A program made the translations under genes and the position numbers. The notes under the pieces are model-generated. The model was not told the origin of the DNA and did no database searches. It was given only the letters and a program-made list of their open reading frames with translations. Shown in pieces: positions 1 through 23,696 of a stretch of 64,000 bases of DNA (positions within the stretch are counted from its first letter, which is position 1; each line of letters starts with the position of its first letter). Source of the stretch: the human T2T-CHM13v2.0 reference genome, Homo sapiens; assembly GCF_009914755.1 (NCBI RefSeq), contig NC_060943.1, one strand, 5' to 3'.

Positions 1-1065
<1,065 letters not shown>

Positions 1066-1095
1066 AAAGAAACTAATTTGTTCTTCTTCCCACAG

Positions 1096-1194
1096 CCTCC
1101 GAAAGCCGCCAGGACTCTGCTGTGAACCTGACGGGCACCAACGGCAGCAACAGCATCAGCATGTCGGTGGAGATCAACGGCATCATGTACACAG
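1096..1194 (+). CDS. ARID3A: ARID3A penultimate coding exon (REKLES region)
   Basis: cacag|CCTCC...ACAG|gtagga, 99 nt, phase 1/1; (A)SESRQDSAVNLTGTNGSNSISMSVEINGIMYT(G). Confidence 0.95.
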
Positions 1195-1449
1195 GTAGGA
1201 CCCCTGAGGCCACGCCCTGCCTGGACCTCGCCTCTCCCGCCGCCGTGAACTCAGGACCCTGAGTTGCGCCTGGTCCCACCTGCTTGAACCTAGGTGTGCG
1301 GGCGAGCAGGGCACGGCCAGGGGCTTTGCAGGACAAACAGTCAAGACTGATGGAGAGGATACCATCGTTCACCCGGTACCACGCTCAGCCCAGAGGGGGT
1401 CGTCCACAGATACATATTCAGTGTGACGTTGGATGGTTCACATTCCTAG

Positions 1450-4754
<3,305 letters not shown>

Positions 4755-4911
4755 CCGCATCACTCCCCACCCGCCACCCACCCTGGAGCCCGCCGGCCTG
4801 GGCAGGGGGTCCAGGTGGGCCACACAGGGGCCAGGATGGCGGAAGATACGGGTGGGGAGGGAAGATATCCAGAAAGGAGCCACAGCTGACGCCAAAAAGA
4901 AAAGAAAAAAG

Positions 4912-4950
4912 ATATATATATATATATATATATATATACGTATATATATA
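4912..4950. repeat. (TA)n microsatellite in ARID3A 3' UTR
   Basis: Run of TA dinucleotides interrupted once by CG. Confidence 0.9.
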
Positions 4951-4960
4951 AAGAGAATTT

Positions 4961-4966
4961 AATAAA
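4961..4966 (+). terminator. Candidate proximal poly(A) signal of ARID3A
   Basis: AATAAA about 210 nt after the stop codon; downstream element weak. Confidence 0.4.
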
Positions 4967-5617
4967 ACAGGGGAAAACCAAGGAACACTTGAATTTCTCA
5001 GGTTTTGGACATTCAGAGAGATGAATTGTGAGAACAGCAAAGAAATCCATCAGAAAAACAGAAAGAGGCAGACGTTTCCCAGGGCGTTCAGGCAGCCCTG
5101 ATGGACCGAAGGCTCTGGTGTCTGGTTTGGCCCCACAGCAGTGTGGGCCGATCCTGTTTACCTCATACATCCCTGCACTGTGTGTTTTCATTTTTGTCTG
5201 CTTTAGTTCTCTTTTATTTTCTATTCACCACACACTCACCACTCCCAGCTTCTCGTGTCCAGTGAAACCCCTGAACCAAGATCACTGAATTTTTGTTTTT
5301 TTCTTGTTGCTTTGGGAAATTTTTTTTTCTCTGTAGGGTTTTTAAGAGGTTTCGGGGGTTTTGTTGTGTAAATATTCTATTTTATTCTTGGGGGGATCAA
5401 ACCTTAGGAAAAGGATATCTATATATCTATATAGCTATATATTTGTGTTCCTTCAGGGAAACTGGTCTTGAAAAAGCAAGAAAAAAAAGCAAAAAAAAAA
5501 AAAAAAAAAAAAAAACTCACCTTTTTATTTTTCCCATGACCAATTTGGGTCCCTTTGTCCATTTCTGGGGGTGCGTTGGGCAGCTGTGAGCCCAGCACAT
5601 CGGATCCCTGGGGCTAG

Positions 5618-6119
<502 letters not shown>

Positions 6120-8603
6120 GTCTGGAAATCTTATCTAAAAAGTAGCAAGTGCTGGAAAAAGGGCCTGGGGGGCGGGGGTGGTTCTTGTCGAAGCCCCCAG
6201 GCTCCTGTCTCAGGGATGAATGTGGCGTCTCATTGGGATTCTTCTCTTGCCCGAAAGGGCTGCTTTTGAGGACTATCAATACTGGGGAGTGGGGGTGAAG
6301 CCGGACCTCACTCAGGGTGAGGATTTCAGGGCCCCGGCATCCTGAACACCCCCCACACCCCAACATTCTCCTCGCTCTGTCCCTTCCTCTTCTCCCAACC
6401 CCTTTTGTGCTGGGGCTGCGAGCTCCCCGAGTTCTGCGGTGACTAAATCGAGGCCGAGAAGGGAGGCTGCCCCCCACCACCCTGTGGGTCAGTACCCCTC
6501 CCCCTGGCTTGGAGAAAGTGGGGTCACCGCAGCTGAGCTGGGGGGTTATTTTGGCTGGAGCTGCTGGAGCAGAAAGGCTGGGTCTGAAATGCCCAGCAGG
6601 GTCTGGGGACTTCGTTGGACCCGCGTGGTGTTGGGCGGGGCTGTCGTGTCCTACACGGGAGCTCTGGGCTTTCATTTCTCTTGGGGTGCAGTGGGGATTA
6701 ACTCAGCTATTCCCAGGGTAAGCCTGGGTCTCTAATTGGGCCCTGGGAGCCCTGTTAGGCCACCGGCATGGGGGCTTGGTGAGGAAGGGGACTCCCCAGC
6801 TCCCCCCACTCCCAACCACCTCCCCATTGCCTTGGAGACCCCTGGGGAGGGGGCTGGGGGGCTTCTGAGCCCCTGAGTCTAGGTTCACTTTCCCGTCGGG
6901 CTGTGGGAGGGGACTGTCACTTTCCTGTGTCTTTGGGGAGGGGACCCCCACTTCCTTCTCGGATCTCAGGGCCGTGGACACACACCCCCTTTCCAGGAGG
7001 GGGTGGTGGGCGTCTAGGTTTTCCTTGTCCCTTCCTGGGGCCAGCACCGTAGCAGCACAATCACCCCGGGAAGGGGGTGTCTGTTTGCCTCCAGACACAA
7101 TCGGGCCCCACTCGCAGAACCACCTGGACTCTGTCCGTGTCTGTCCCCCGGCCTCCAGGGCTCCTCTCCCGGGACCCCCGTCCCACGCCTGGGCCCCGCG
7201 CCGGGGGAAGCGCCTGCTGCCTATCTCTGTCTACCTCAGGTCTGACTTTTGATGCCAAAATCTGAGCCCCTGGGGTGCCTCTCCCCCGCCTCCCGTGCAC
7301 CAGGGTCTGCAGCAGCCACTGGGGCCTGGCTGCCTGCTGCATCTGGCGGCCCTGGACCCCTGGGGCCCCCGTGCACCTGCCCACCTCGGAGCCTGGGGAG
7401 GGGCTGTGCAGGGTCGAGGGCTGGGTCGTCTCCCTCGGGCTGCGTGTGTGTGTCGGGAATCCTGCGTGTCGTGTCTGTGGGCGATCCGGCCTCCCGGCGG
7501 TGGGTGGACCTGGATTCTAACTCAGAGGACTTGAGCCTGCTGTTAACTCCGATGATTGTAGGGACAGGCGGGGTGGGTGGGGGGTGGGCGCGAGGCTGGG
7601 TCCCGGCCCAGGAGAAGGAAGTCGCTGAAGGCAGTGGCCATGCTGGCCGTGGAAATGGGAGGCGGTTGCAGGGGGTCTATGGGGCCCGGTCCTGGATACT
7701 CGGCAGGAAGCCGTGTCTGCAGAGGCTCCTCCCTGCCTCAGGTGGCCCCGTTCAACCCCAGCCGTGCCCATCTCCTGCCACCGCCTGTCGGTGGGGGTTT
7801 AAATTCGGTGTGGCTTTCTGGGGTGCAGCTCAGCACCCCCCCTTATGCAGACTGGGAGGGGGTCGGGCAGTCCCCTCAGCCACGAGGACCCTGGATGGGT
7901 TCTAGTTCACTTGGGACCGTGGGGCCTGGCTGCGTACTGAGTGGGTGCCCCACAGTCAAGGCCAACGGGGGCTCCCCCTGCTCTGAGATGTTGGGAGAAA
8001 GGCGGCTTCTGGAACCTTCCGTGGGACCCGTAAGTGGCTGTCCAGAAAGGCGGGAGGGTGGGCACGGGGCACGGGGGGCAGCTGGGGTCGTTGTTAAGGG
8101 TCACGCATCTGTACAGTTGAATTTCCTTTCTCTTATCATGTTTTACCCACCTTGTCCCTTTTTTCCCCAATTGTGCTTTTGCATTTTTTTCCTTGGCAAA
8201 TGTAAACTCAGCCTTTCATTCATGACGTGTGAAATTTCAGTTTCTCTGGAGTTTGTCAGACGGCGTGGGAACCACGCCTGAAACTCAGGTAATAGGAGGA
8301 AAAAAAAAAAAACTTAAAAAAATTTTTAAAAAACATAAAACTACTCTCTACCTCTGGCTGGGCCCAGCCTGTCTCGCCCTGGCCGCGGCAGGGTGGCCTG
8401 TAACAATTTCAGTTTTCGCAGAACATTCAGGTATTAAAAGGAAAAAAAAAAAAAAAGACAAAAAGACCAAAAAAAAAAAAAGTGTGATTTTGAAATTTAA
8501 AAGAACACTGAAAGTTTACATTTTATAGTAACATTATTATGCAGATTGTATTTAAACTTCAGAAATATTTAAGACGATTGTAACCCTGTAAAGCTGATGA
8601 GAT

Positions 8604-8670
8604 ATTAAAACGAGACAAAACACTTCTGACTTTTAACAGAAAAGTGTCCTGTGGTGTTTTTTTTCTTTTG
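8604..8670 (+). terminator. Distal poly(A) signal of ARID3A
   Basis: ATTAAA 8604-8609, upstream TGTA motifs in AT-rich context, downstream GTGTCCTGTGGTGTTTTTTTTCTTTT. Confidence 0.7.
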
Positions 8671-8813
8671 GCGTCTCCCCAACCTCCAGCTCCACCCTAC
8701 ACCCCTGCCCAGCACAGCCAGGGGTGACTGGAAGGGGGTGCTCTATCCCCCTCTGCCCTGCATCGCTCTAGGTCTGGTTCCGGGCGGCAGAGACAGCTAC
8801 AAAAGCGGGGGTC

Positions 8814-9329
<516 letters not shown>

Positions 9330-9561
9330 TCATTATTTAAGGTGGGGTAAAAACAGTTCTCCCTGCCCACAGCAGACACCAGGATAAGCTCCTGACAGGG
9401 CAGACGGTGTAATCCCGGGGGAGCCCAGCTCCTGGGACTCGCCTCCTCTCTCCCTCCCTACTCAGGGCATGGATTTCAGTGTGTGCAGCCTCCTGGGACC
9501 CCAGCAGGGCCGAGGATCATGGGATGCAGAGTCTGTAGGGGGTCCATGGAATCCCCTAACC

Positions 9562-9765
9562 CAGAGGGCCTTAACCAGGGTGATTCCGCCCCCAGGGGAC
9601 CCTGGTCCATGTCTGGGGACATCTGTGGTTGTCCCATCTGGGGGGAGCTCCTGACATGGAGTGGGTGAAGTCCAGGGACGCTGCTCGGCACCCTGAGTGC
9701 CCAGGACGTCCCCACCCCAGAGAAGGATCCAACCGCAAGGTCCACAGGGCCGAGGGGAGCTCCTG
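9562..9765 (+). mobile_element. MER20-like, copy 2
   Basis: Same collinear blocks as copy 1. Confidence 0.75.
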
Positions 9766-10457
9766 GAGGCCGCTCTGGGCACCTCTGTGCCTCGCTGAGA
9801 GCCCGACACCAATCCCGTTTTAGGGATTTGGGATGACAGGTGTGGCAGGGCCAGTGTGCGCACCCCCAGCCACCTGCCCACGAGCCTGACCCCTCGCCTC
9901 CTGCCTCAACAGGGCTCTGCATGCGGGCGCCCCTGGCGTTATCCGACCGGAGCTCCCAGGGCAAGTGGCCCGGTCCGGCCTCAGGGCCTTCACACAGCTG
10001 TTCCACCGCCGGGAACAGCCCTCTCCCCCTTTGCTCTGACAGACTCCTTTCCATCCTCTGCAGCCGACACACAGTCCCCGCCTGCCCATGACAGGAGGGT
10101 GCGGCCCCTCGGGTGGGAGGCACGGGGCTCCCCGCTCCTCCGCCCTCTGTGCGGCCCAGATGGAGGCCCTTGTGCCGAGCGGGACACCCTGTTCCCGAGC
10201 CCCCCATAAGTTTGCCCTCCTTCACCTCCTAGGCGAGCCCAGGAACCAGCCCACTGGTGAAGCCGCCTGGAGCTGAGGCCTCTGGGGTTCAGGGGCGTCC
10301 TGGTGGCTGGGGGAGGGAACTTTTCCAGTGCTGGCCACATTTTCACCTTTTCCCTTACAACACCATTCGGGTCCTAGGAAACAAGACCAAGGGCCAGATT
10401 TGGCCCCTGGACAGCCAGTTTGCAGCCCCCAAACCCAGAACATAGTAAAGGGACTCA

Positions 10458-11866
<1,409 letters not shown>

Positions 11867-12450
11867 CATTAACTAATTAATTAATTAAAAATTAAAAAAT
11901 AAAAGGCCTCTCGTTCTTAGCCCACAAACCCAAAGAAAGTGGTATTGCAACGTTTTCCCAGGAAAGGGTTTCCTGGGCCGCCTAACCCACTGTCCACCCT
12001 CCCATTGCCCACGCCCAGGGGACGTGACTGGAGGAGGGTCAGCGTGGCTGGAGGTGGACAGGCCCAGACTCAGCTGCCCGGCCTCCCGCGCACCATCCTG
12101 GCCGAGGCTGGCCGGGACACGTCCCTCCCCAGGGCTGTGTTGGAGGCGAGGGACCAACAACACCCCCACACCTGTCCCAGCCGGTTGGTTCCTGAAACCC
12201 ACGTTAGACCCTGGCCCCGGAAGGGAAAATGGCATTTTCCATTCCAGCCAGAAATGAGTCTGCCAAACCCTGCGTCCCGGAGATGGAGTCCCACTCACTG
12301 CCTGGAGGAGCCCGCCGGCCCCAGGGAGAGGAGGGAAGAACCCTGGGAAAGCCCCCACCCCAAACTGGATCGTCAGGCCCTGCTTGTTCACCCGCAGCTG
12401 AGGGCCTCAGAGGCGGGGAGTCAGGGAGGGGGTGCACCTCTGAGTTCCCC

Positions 12451-12800
12451 AGCCTGGGAGGGAGGGACTCAGCCCCCAGCTCTCCCCAGCCAGGGAGGGA
12501 CTCAGCCCCCCACCTCCTCCCCAGGCCCCCACCTCTCCCCAGCCAGGGAGGGACTCAGCCCCCCACCTCCTCCCCAGGCCCCCACCTCCCTCCCCAGCCA
12601 AGGAGGGACTCAGCCCCCCACCTCCTCCCCAGGCCCCCACCTCCCTCCCCAGCCAAGGAGGGACTCAGCCCCCCACCTCCTCCCCAGGCCCCCACCTCCC
12701 TCCCCAGCCAAGGAGGGACTCAGCCCCCCACCTCCTCCCCAGGCCCCCACCTCCCTCCCCAGCCAGGGATGGACTCAGCCCCCCACCTCCTCCCCAGCCC
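12451..12800. repeat. C-rich minisatellite, 55-bp unit, about 6 copies
   Basis: Unit AGCCAAGGAGGGACTCAGCCCCCCACCTCCTCCCCAGGCCCCCACCTCCCTCCCC starting at 12541, 12596, 12651, 12706, 12761. Confidence 0.95.
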
Positions 12801-13604
12801 AGGAAGGGCCCAGCCACCCCCTAGCCTCTCAGAGCCCAGCCACCTCCCTGGGCCGCCTGCTAGGTGCTTGCTAGGAGGGCGGGAGGCTCCCGGAGGTGAA
12901 GCTCAAACCCTCCTCTGATAGCCGATTTTCGGAGCCAGCCAAGAGTCCAGACTGGAGAGGCGGCGGCTGAGACGCTTCCAAAAGCAGAGGGCTACCAGAG
13001 CCGGCTGCTGCTCTCCCCACTGGCATAGGTAATGATGGGGCTGCCGCGGGACGGCCGCAGCTGCTGGGTCTGTGGGGCCAGGACCGGGGCAGCCAAGCCG
13101 ACTGGGGTCTGGCTGGGTTCATCAGTGCCTGCAAACTGGCGGTGCTCCATAAATGTGCAGGGGATGGAGAATGAGGGCCTTACACCCCGAGGGGAACGTT
13201 CCTGCCTCTGTGCCTCAGTTTCCCCTTCCTGGTTACCCCCCCTTCACAACCTCCAGCTGGCACCAACGAGATCCGGCCGCTGGGTGGTCTGGAGATGCCC
13301 CCAAAGTGTGGCTTCTGTCCCCTGCTCCAACACGATTAGTCTGTCCTCATTCCAGGAACCAGGCTGGGGGCGGGGTGACCTCTGACCTCACACTGCAGCC
13401 TGGCCTGGCCACGTCCCCAGGGAGGGGAGGAGGGGAGGAAGGCCTGGCTCGGGCTGGGCCGCAGCAGGAGGCCTGTGAGAAGGTGGAGACTGTAGTCCAT
13501 CGACTTCCTGCTGCCCCTGCCCTCTCCTGCCTGTGGCAGCAGCCCACACCTGCCCGGTCTGCTGGGTGTCCTGGAACCCGGGAATTTAAAAACTTCCAGG
13601 CTGG

Positions 13605-15790
<2,186 letters not shown>

Positions 15791-15864
15791 TAAATGAATG
15801 CTCCCTTTTTATCCCTTTTTAAGGGGTTGGCAACTAATTGCACATTTTAAATCATACTGTTTTT

Positions 15865-16597
15865 AGGCCGGACGTTGTGGCTGAAGCCTGTAATCCCAGC
15901 GGTTTAAGAGGCCAAGGCCTAAGCCCAGGTGTTGGAGACCAGCCTGAGCAACACAGTGAGACCCCCCATCTCTACTAGATATATATTTAGTATAAATAAA
16001 TAATAGATATATGTTTTTCTTTGAGACAGAGTCTCATTCGCCCAGGCTGGAGTGCCTGGGATCTCGGCTCACTGAGACCTCCGCCTCCCGGGTTCAAGCG
16101 ATTCTCCTGCCTCAGCCTCCCACCACGCCCGGCTTTTTGTACTTTTTGTAAAGACGGGGTTTCGCCATGTTGGCCAGGGTAGTCTCGAACTCCTGATCTC
16201 AGGTAATCCACCCACCTCGGCCTCCCAAAGTGCTGGGATTACAGGCCTGAGCCAAAGCGCCCGGCCTTTTTTTTTTTTTGAATGCCGTTTTCAGACATGG
16301 TCCGTGACGGGCAGCCGTGACATGAAGTTAGACCCTGCTTGGCTCGGACAGAACTGGCGACTTGTTTGACCTACACCAAGCTATCCGACTAATAATTTAG
16401 ATGTTGAGGCCCCTAAAGAGGGGTCAAGGGGGAGGCAGATGTCGACCAATAAGGAAACACTGGGCCGGGCGCGGTGGCTCACGCCTGTAATCCCAGCACT
16501 TTGGCAGGCCGAGCTGGGAGGATCACTTGAGCTCAGGAGTTCGAGGCCAGCCTGGGCAGGACAGTGAGACCCTGGCTCTACAAAACTAAATAAATAA
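15865..16597. mobile_element. Partial Alu elements (~15865-15975 +, ~16015-16265 -, ~16463-16597 +)
   Basis: Alu monomer and partial consensus. Confidence 0.85.
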
Positions 16598-16839
16598 GGA
16601 AGCAGTGAATTCCAATGTATTCATCGCCAACTAGCCATGTTGCTGGGTGTGCGCTCTCTCTTTTAGGCGCAATGTGTCATTTAGGCCTGTGACGTCGGAA
16701 CTTTATTATTTGAACATTTAAAAATAAATGAATCCAAGAGCTTGAGTCACTTGGCCAAAAATGCCCAGGAGGAAAAGGCCAAGTCAGGTACCCCGGCTCT
16801 AGAGCTACTAACTGATCGCCGGAGACCCTGGGCCTTGGA

Positions 16840-17570
16840 AGAAGTCGCCTCCCCAGATCTCTAAGCAGGCCGCGCGACCCTCGAGTCTCAGGTAAGCGGG
16901 AAATCCCACTTCACAAGAAAGCTCCTCTCTCCGAGACACGGGCGCATGCGCGGGTCGGCCACCCGCTGGGGCCGCGGGGCCGCCGCTCTGGCCCGCGTGG
17001 GGCAGTCGTCCGCGTCTCGCTCATGATGACGCACGTCCGGGGCGGTGGGGAAGGCAAGATGGCGGCGCCCATGGAGGTGGCCGTGTGTACGGACTCGGCG
17101 GCCCCGATGTGGAGCTGCATCGTGTGGGAACTTCACTCGGGCGCCAACCTGCTCACCTACCGCGGCGGCCAGGCGGGACCCCGCGGCCTGGCGCTGCTCA
17201 ATGGCGAGTATCTGCTGGCGGCGCAGCTGGGCAAGAACTACATCAGCGCCTGGGAGCTGCAGCGGAAGGTGCGGCGGTGCGGGCTCGCTGCTGGGGTCAT
17301 GGGGCGCCCGAGGCTGAAGTCGGGGGATGGGTTGGTGGGGGCCGCGTGCACCCTTAGTCGGAATTGGCGTGGGGAGGGGAGGTGGTCTCCGTTCGGGCGC
17401 TCTGCGCATGCGCGGGTCTGGGGGCTTTGGGGAGATACGTGCGACCTGTTAGGCCGCTCTGCGCACGCGCGGGGCTCAGGCCTGAGCTGCTATGGGGGCA
17501 GTGGGGGAAAATGGGAGACGCTCCGGGGGGTCCCTTGGGGCAATTGCGCATGCACGAGTTCTTGGAGCGC
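16840..17570 (+). promoter_or_regulatory. WDR18 CpG-island promoter with NRF1 sites, a kB site and a YY1 motif
   Basis: GCGCATGCGC at 16942 and 17404, variants near 17461 and 17545; GGGAAATCCC 16898-16907; CAAGATGGCGGC over the ATG. Confidence 0.75.
17059..17268 (+). CDS. WDR18: WDR18 exon 1
   Basis: MAAPMEVAVCTDS...WELQRK|gtgcgg, 210 nt. Confidence 0.97.
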
Positions 17571-17840
17571 GAAATTTGATTAAAAGGGGCCTATGAGCTC
17601 TGTGGATGTTGTGGTTCTGGAGGAAAAGGGAGAAGGACCAAGGTCTGGGGGAGTCTCCCATGAAGGGGTGGCGCAGGAAACTCATGTTTATCCCTCCAAT
17701 AAAGCAACAGATACTCACCGTCGCCCACAGTTTCCCCTCTACTCCCAAGCCCAAATGCAGCCAGTCCCTGAAGCTACTCGCTTCCCCCGTGTGCCCGCTG
17801 AGATCTCTTGGGACTGGCTCTGTGCTCCAGCATTGCCTGA

Positions 17841-18172
<332 letters not shown>

Positions 18173-18569
18173 CTGAGTTTTCCCATTTTAGAGAGGAGGA
18201 AGCTGAGGCTTGGGGTCTTAGGTTGGACATTATGGATAGAAGGATTGGGGCACAAGCCTACTGGGCTCTTGGGCCCCAGTGTCCTTCTGGATCCTCTTTG
18301 TTCTGTTCCTGTACTCCTCCCACCCAGGGCCCCTCTGACCCTCAGAGGAAGCACCAACCTCACATCTACCACCTCCAGCCTCGAAGCCTCTTGCAGGGGC
18401 GAACACTTCCTTGCTGGACCATGCATTTGCTCAAACCACCCTGCTCCCGACTCCTCTTCCTGGTTCTCTGACTTAGCCATTGCCCAGGCGTCCCCTCCCC
18501 TCGCCCTCCACTGCTGTAGGAGCTCCCGTGTCCTGCATGGGGCTCACGAGGCTGACTGTGCATCCTTAG

Positions 18570-18680
18570 GACCAGCTCCAGCAGAAGATCATGTGCCCCG
18601 GGCCTGTCACCTGTCTGACTGCATCACCCAATGGTCTCTACGTCCTGGCAGGAGTTGCAGAAAGCATCCACCTGTGGGAG
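18570..18680 (+). CDS. WDR18: WDR18 exon 2
   Basis: ttag|[13 protein letters not shown]...IHLWE|gtaaga, 111 nt. Confidence 0.96.
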
Positions 18681-19018
18681 GTAAGAGGAGCAAAGCGTGA
18701 GGGTTTCCCACAGGACATCTCAGCCCATCTGAGCTTTGCCTGCAGGGCACCAGGGAACAACCATGCGGCCTGGGGCCCTGGGATGGGTGACTGCTCAGGG
18801 GTTATAGCCTAAGCTTCACCCTGCTGCCTCCTTTCTCCAGGTCCCCTCGAGACTTGCGAATCCCAGACCAGCCCTAATCCTGCCTTGAGTGCTTGGATAG
18901 AGCCCGGTGCAGCCCAGTCCCCGGCACTCACACACCGCAGCATCTTCCAGGGCTAGGGGGCATCTCTTCCACGCAGGCGGCAGCGCCTGGCACTTGTGAC
19001 TTGAAAGTTATAAAGGGC

Positions 19019-20826
<1,808 letters not shown>

Positions 20827-21676
20827 CCTCCTGGAGAGTTTCTGACCCGTGTGAGCTGTGACCACGAAGGGGTGCCCCACATAGCCAGAGCTCAGGCCGG
20901 GACTGCCTCCACTGTACCCCTCTGCCACGGTCGAAATCCTCCTCCTGTTCTCTGTGTAGGTGACGGGTGTGTGAGCGGTGAGTCAGGAGTGGGCTGGAAA
21001 CCTGAGAGCCAGGGCTGTGGGGCGGGAGCTGGTCCACCCCTCCCACGCCACAGGGACAGGGACCTCCCGGGAGGCACTGATGTTCTGAAGCTGCCCGGTC
21101 TGTCCCGGCCCTGGGCAGTGGTGGTCACCAGAGCTGCCCTCTGTGGTTTGGGGCTGACCTGGATCCTGCTTCCTCTGGTGCCATTTAACCCTCCCCAGCC
21201 ACCCTGGGTTTTGCATGCGAGGAAAGCGAGGCCCAGAGAGGGCATGGCTGTCAGATCTGGGCCCAGCAGGCTCTGCCTGCCCCAACAAAGCACGACGCAC
21301 AGGGACTTTCGACAACAGAAACTCGGCCCCCATCCTTGAGGCCAGACGTCCTAAATCAAGATGTCTGCGGGGCCACGCTGCCCCTGGAGGCCCTGGGAGG
21401 AGCCTTCCCACCTCTCCGGTGGTGGCCGGCACCCCTTGGCACCCTTGGCTTGTGGGTGACTGTCCCCTGCCTCTGCTGCCACCACTGCCGCGTGGAGCCC
21501 CTGTGTGTTTGCACTTCTCTCAGCTTACAACAACCGGGACACATGGATGGATGCCCCCGCTCCAGAACCACCTCATCTTAACTTATGATATGTGCAGAGA
21601 CACTGTGTCTAAATGAGGCCATTCACAGGTCCCAGGTCGGGACTTTTAACATGCTTTTGGGGGGAAACACGATTCA

Positions 21677-21955
21677 ATCCACAACCCCCACCAGAGCATC
21701 TCAGCTCTCGAATCCACAATCCCCCACAGAGCATCTCAGGCTTCGAACCCACAACCCCCACCAGAGCATCTCAGCCCTCGAACCCACAACCCCCCCAGAG
21801 CATCTCAGCCCTCGAACCCACAACCCCCCCCAAGAGCATCTCAGTCCTCGAACCCACAACCCCCTCCAGAGCATCTCAGCCCTCGAACCCACAACCCCCC
21901 CCAGAGCATCTCAGCCCTCGAACCCACAACCCCCACCAGAGCATCTCAGCCCTCC
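21677..21955. repeat. Minisatellite, 34-36-bp unit, about 8 copies, WDR18 intron 2
   Basis: Unit AGAGCATCTCAGCCCTCGAACCCACAACCCCC(C/A)CC recurring from 21693 to 21938. Confidence 0.95.
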
Positions 21956-22462
21956 CCAGGTGTCCTGGAAGGGGCTCCCTGTCCTCTTCCTCAGATGGAG
22001 CTGCCTGGCTTCCTGCCGGAGCTTAAGCTGCCACCACCCTGGGTCAGGCCACCACAGCCTGCCCAGAAGCGACTTCCTGTTGAATGGTGGGAGCCGCCTG
22101 CAGGTCCTGAGTGCAGCCGTTCCTACGGGGCCCACACAGGACGCCTGGGGTCAGGCTCACAGGGGACCAGCACCTCCCTGAGGCAGCAGGGAAGGGCAGG
22201 AAACTTGCCCCTTCCTGGGCCATCATGCAGGTGGGGACGAGGCGGGAACAGGTGCCCACCCAGCCCAGGCAGGGGCGCGACGAGGCCCCGCTGTACCTGC
22301 TGGCCGCTGCCCTGACAGGGTCACCCCGCAGTCCTGGGGCAGGGCAGGCAGGGGGCGACAGTGTGGCCATGGCCGTGCAGTGGTGGGTTCCTGGGGCTGC
22401 AGCCCCCCTTTCCTCCCCTGGGGCTTTCCTCCCCTGACCTGGATACCCTCTGCCCCTCACAG

Positions 22463-22596
22463 GTCTCCACCGGGAACCTTCTGGTCATCCTGAGTCGACA
22501 CTACCAGGACGTCTCCTGCCTTCAGTTCACAGGGGACAGCAGCCACTTCATCTCAGGGGGCAAGGACTGCCTGGTGCTGGTTTGGAGCCTCTGCAG
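22463..22596 (+). CDS. WDR18: WDR18 exon 3
   Basis: acag|[16 protein letters not shown]...VWSLC|gtagcg, 134 nt. Confidence 0.96.
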
Positions 22597-22923
22597 GTAG
22601 CGCCTTGCGCACTCAGGCCTGCACCTGGAACTGCACCCGGGCTCAGGCGGGGAGAGGAGGCGCCAAGGCCCCTGGCGGGAAGGGGCTTCTCTCTTGGGGG
22701 CTGGAGTGCAGAGGACGGAGTGATCATCCCAGGGGTCCTGGCTGCCCACACTGGGGTCTGGTTTGTTCTGGGGGCCGTGGGGGCCCAGCCTTGAGTTTAC
22801 TCAGGTGAGGCAGGCCAGGCTGCTGAGTGGAGGCAGGTGTGTGCGTGAGGTGGGTGCTGGAGGCGTGGACTGCCCTGTTCCCTCCCCTCCCCGCCTGCTG
22901 AGCACCTGCCCCACCCCGCTCAG

Positions 22924-23065
22924 CGTGCTGCAGGCCGACCCCTCCAGGATTCCGGCGCCCAGGCACGTCTGGTCTCACCACACGCTCCCCATCACGGACC
23001 TGCACTGCGGCTTTGGGGGCCCCCTGGCCCGGGTGGCCACCTCCTCACTGGACCAGACGGTGAAG
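22924..23065 (+). CDS. WDR18: WDR18 exon 4
   Basis: tcag|(S)VLQADPS...SSLDQTVK|gtacgc, 142 nt. Confidence 0.96.
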
Positions 23066-23552
23066 GTACGCCGCCCCCACCCCACCACGGTCCACGAGCG
23101 GAGCCCAGCAGCCGCAGGTCCTCAGCCAGGAATGCAGGAATCGCCTCCTCCCGCTCCCTGCTGTCAGGACTCCAGACGGCTTTTAATCCCCTGGTGCTCT
23201 GAGCCCAAGGACGTCCAGGGAGGTCTGCCAGCCTGGAAATTCCTACTCATTCACCGTTTCTGGCCCGGCTCCCTGGCCAAGCCTGGGGAATCGGAGGTCA
23301 TCACTATGCTTGAGTCGTGACCGGTGGTCCTGGGAGGGAGAACCAGGGGTCATCAGCCGGAGACCAAGCTCCATTTCAGCACAGGCCATGTCCCCTGGCC
23401 CCTAAGACCCACATGGTGACGGCTTTCACCCAAAGTCGCAAGCCCTAGGGCCAGAGGACAGCCGACGCCTGACCTCCCTGGTGCCCCTGTTCCCATGGGG
23501 TCCTCGGGTTCCCCCTGCCAGGCCGAGCCCCACGCCCTTTGCCCACCCGCAG

Positions 23553-23696
23553 CTATGGGAGGTCTCCTCGGGGGAGCTGCTGCTCTCCGTCCTCTTTGAC
23601 GTGTCCATCATGGCAGTGACCATGGACCTGGCTGAGCACCATATGTTCTGCGGGGGCAGTGAGGGCTCCATCTTCCAGGTCGACCTCTTCACCTGG
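23553..23696 (+). CDS. WDR18: WDR18 exon 5
   Basis: gcag|LWEVSSGELL...VDLFTW|gtgagt, 144 nt. Confidence 0.96.

Noticed and set aside
7249-8281. 218- and 234-aa ORFs in the ARID3A 3' UTR
   Set aside because: No recognisable domain, GC-driven composition, overlapping open frames, inside a UTR
11939-12918. 311- and 229-aa proline-rich ORFs
   Set aside because: Translations of the 55-bp minisatellite
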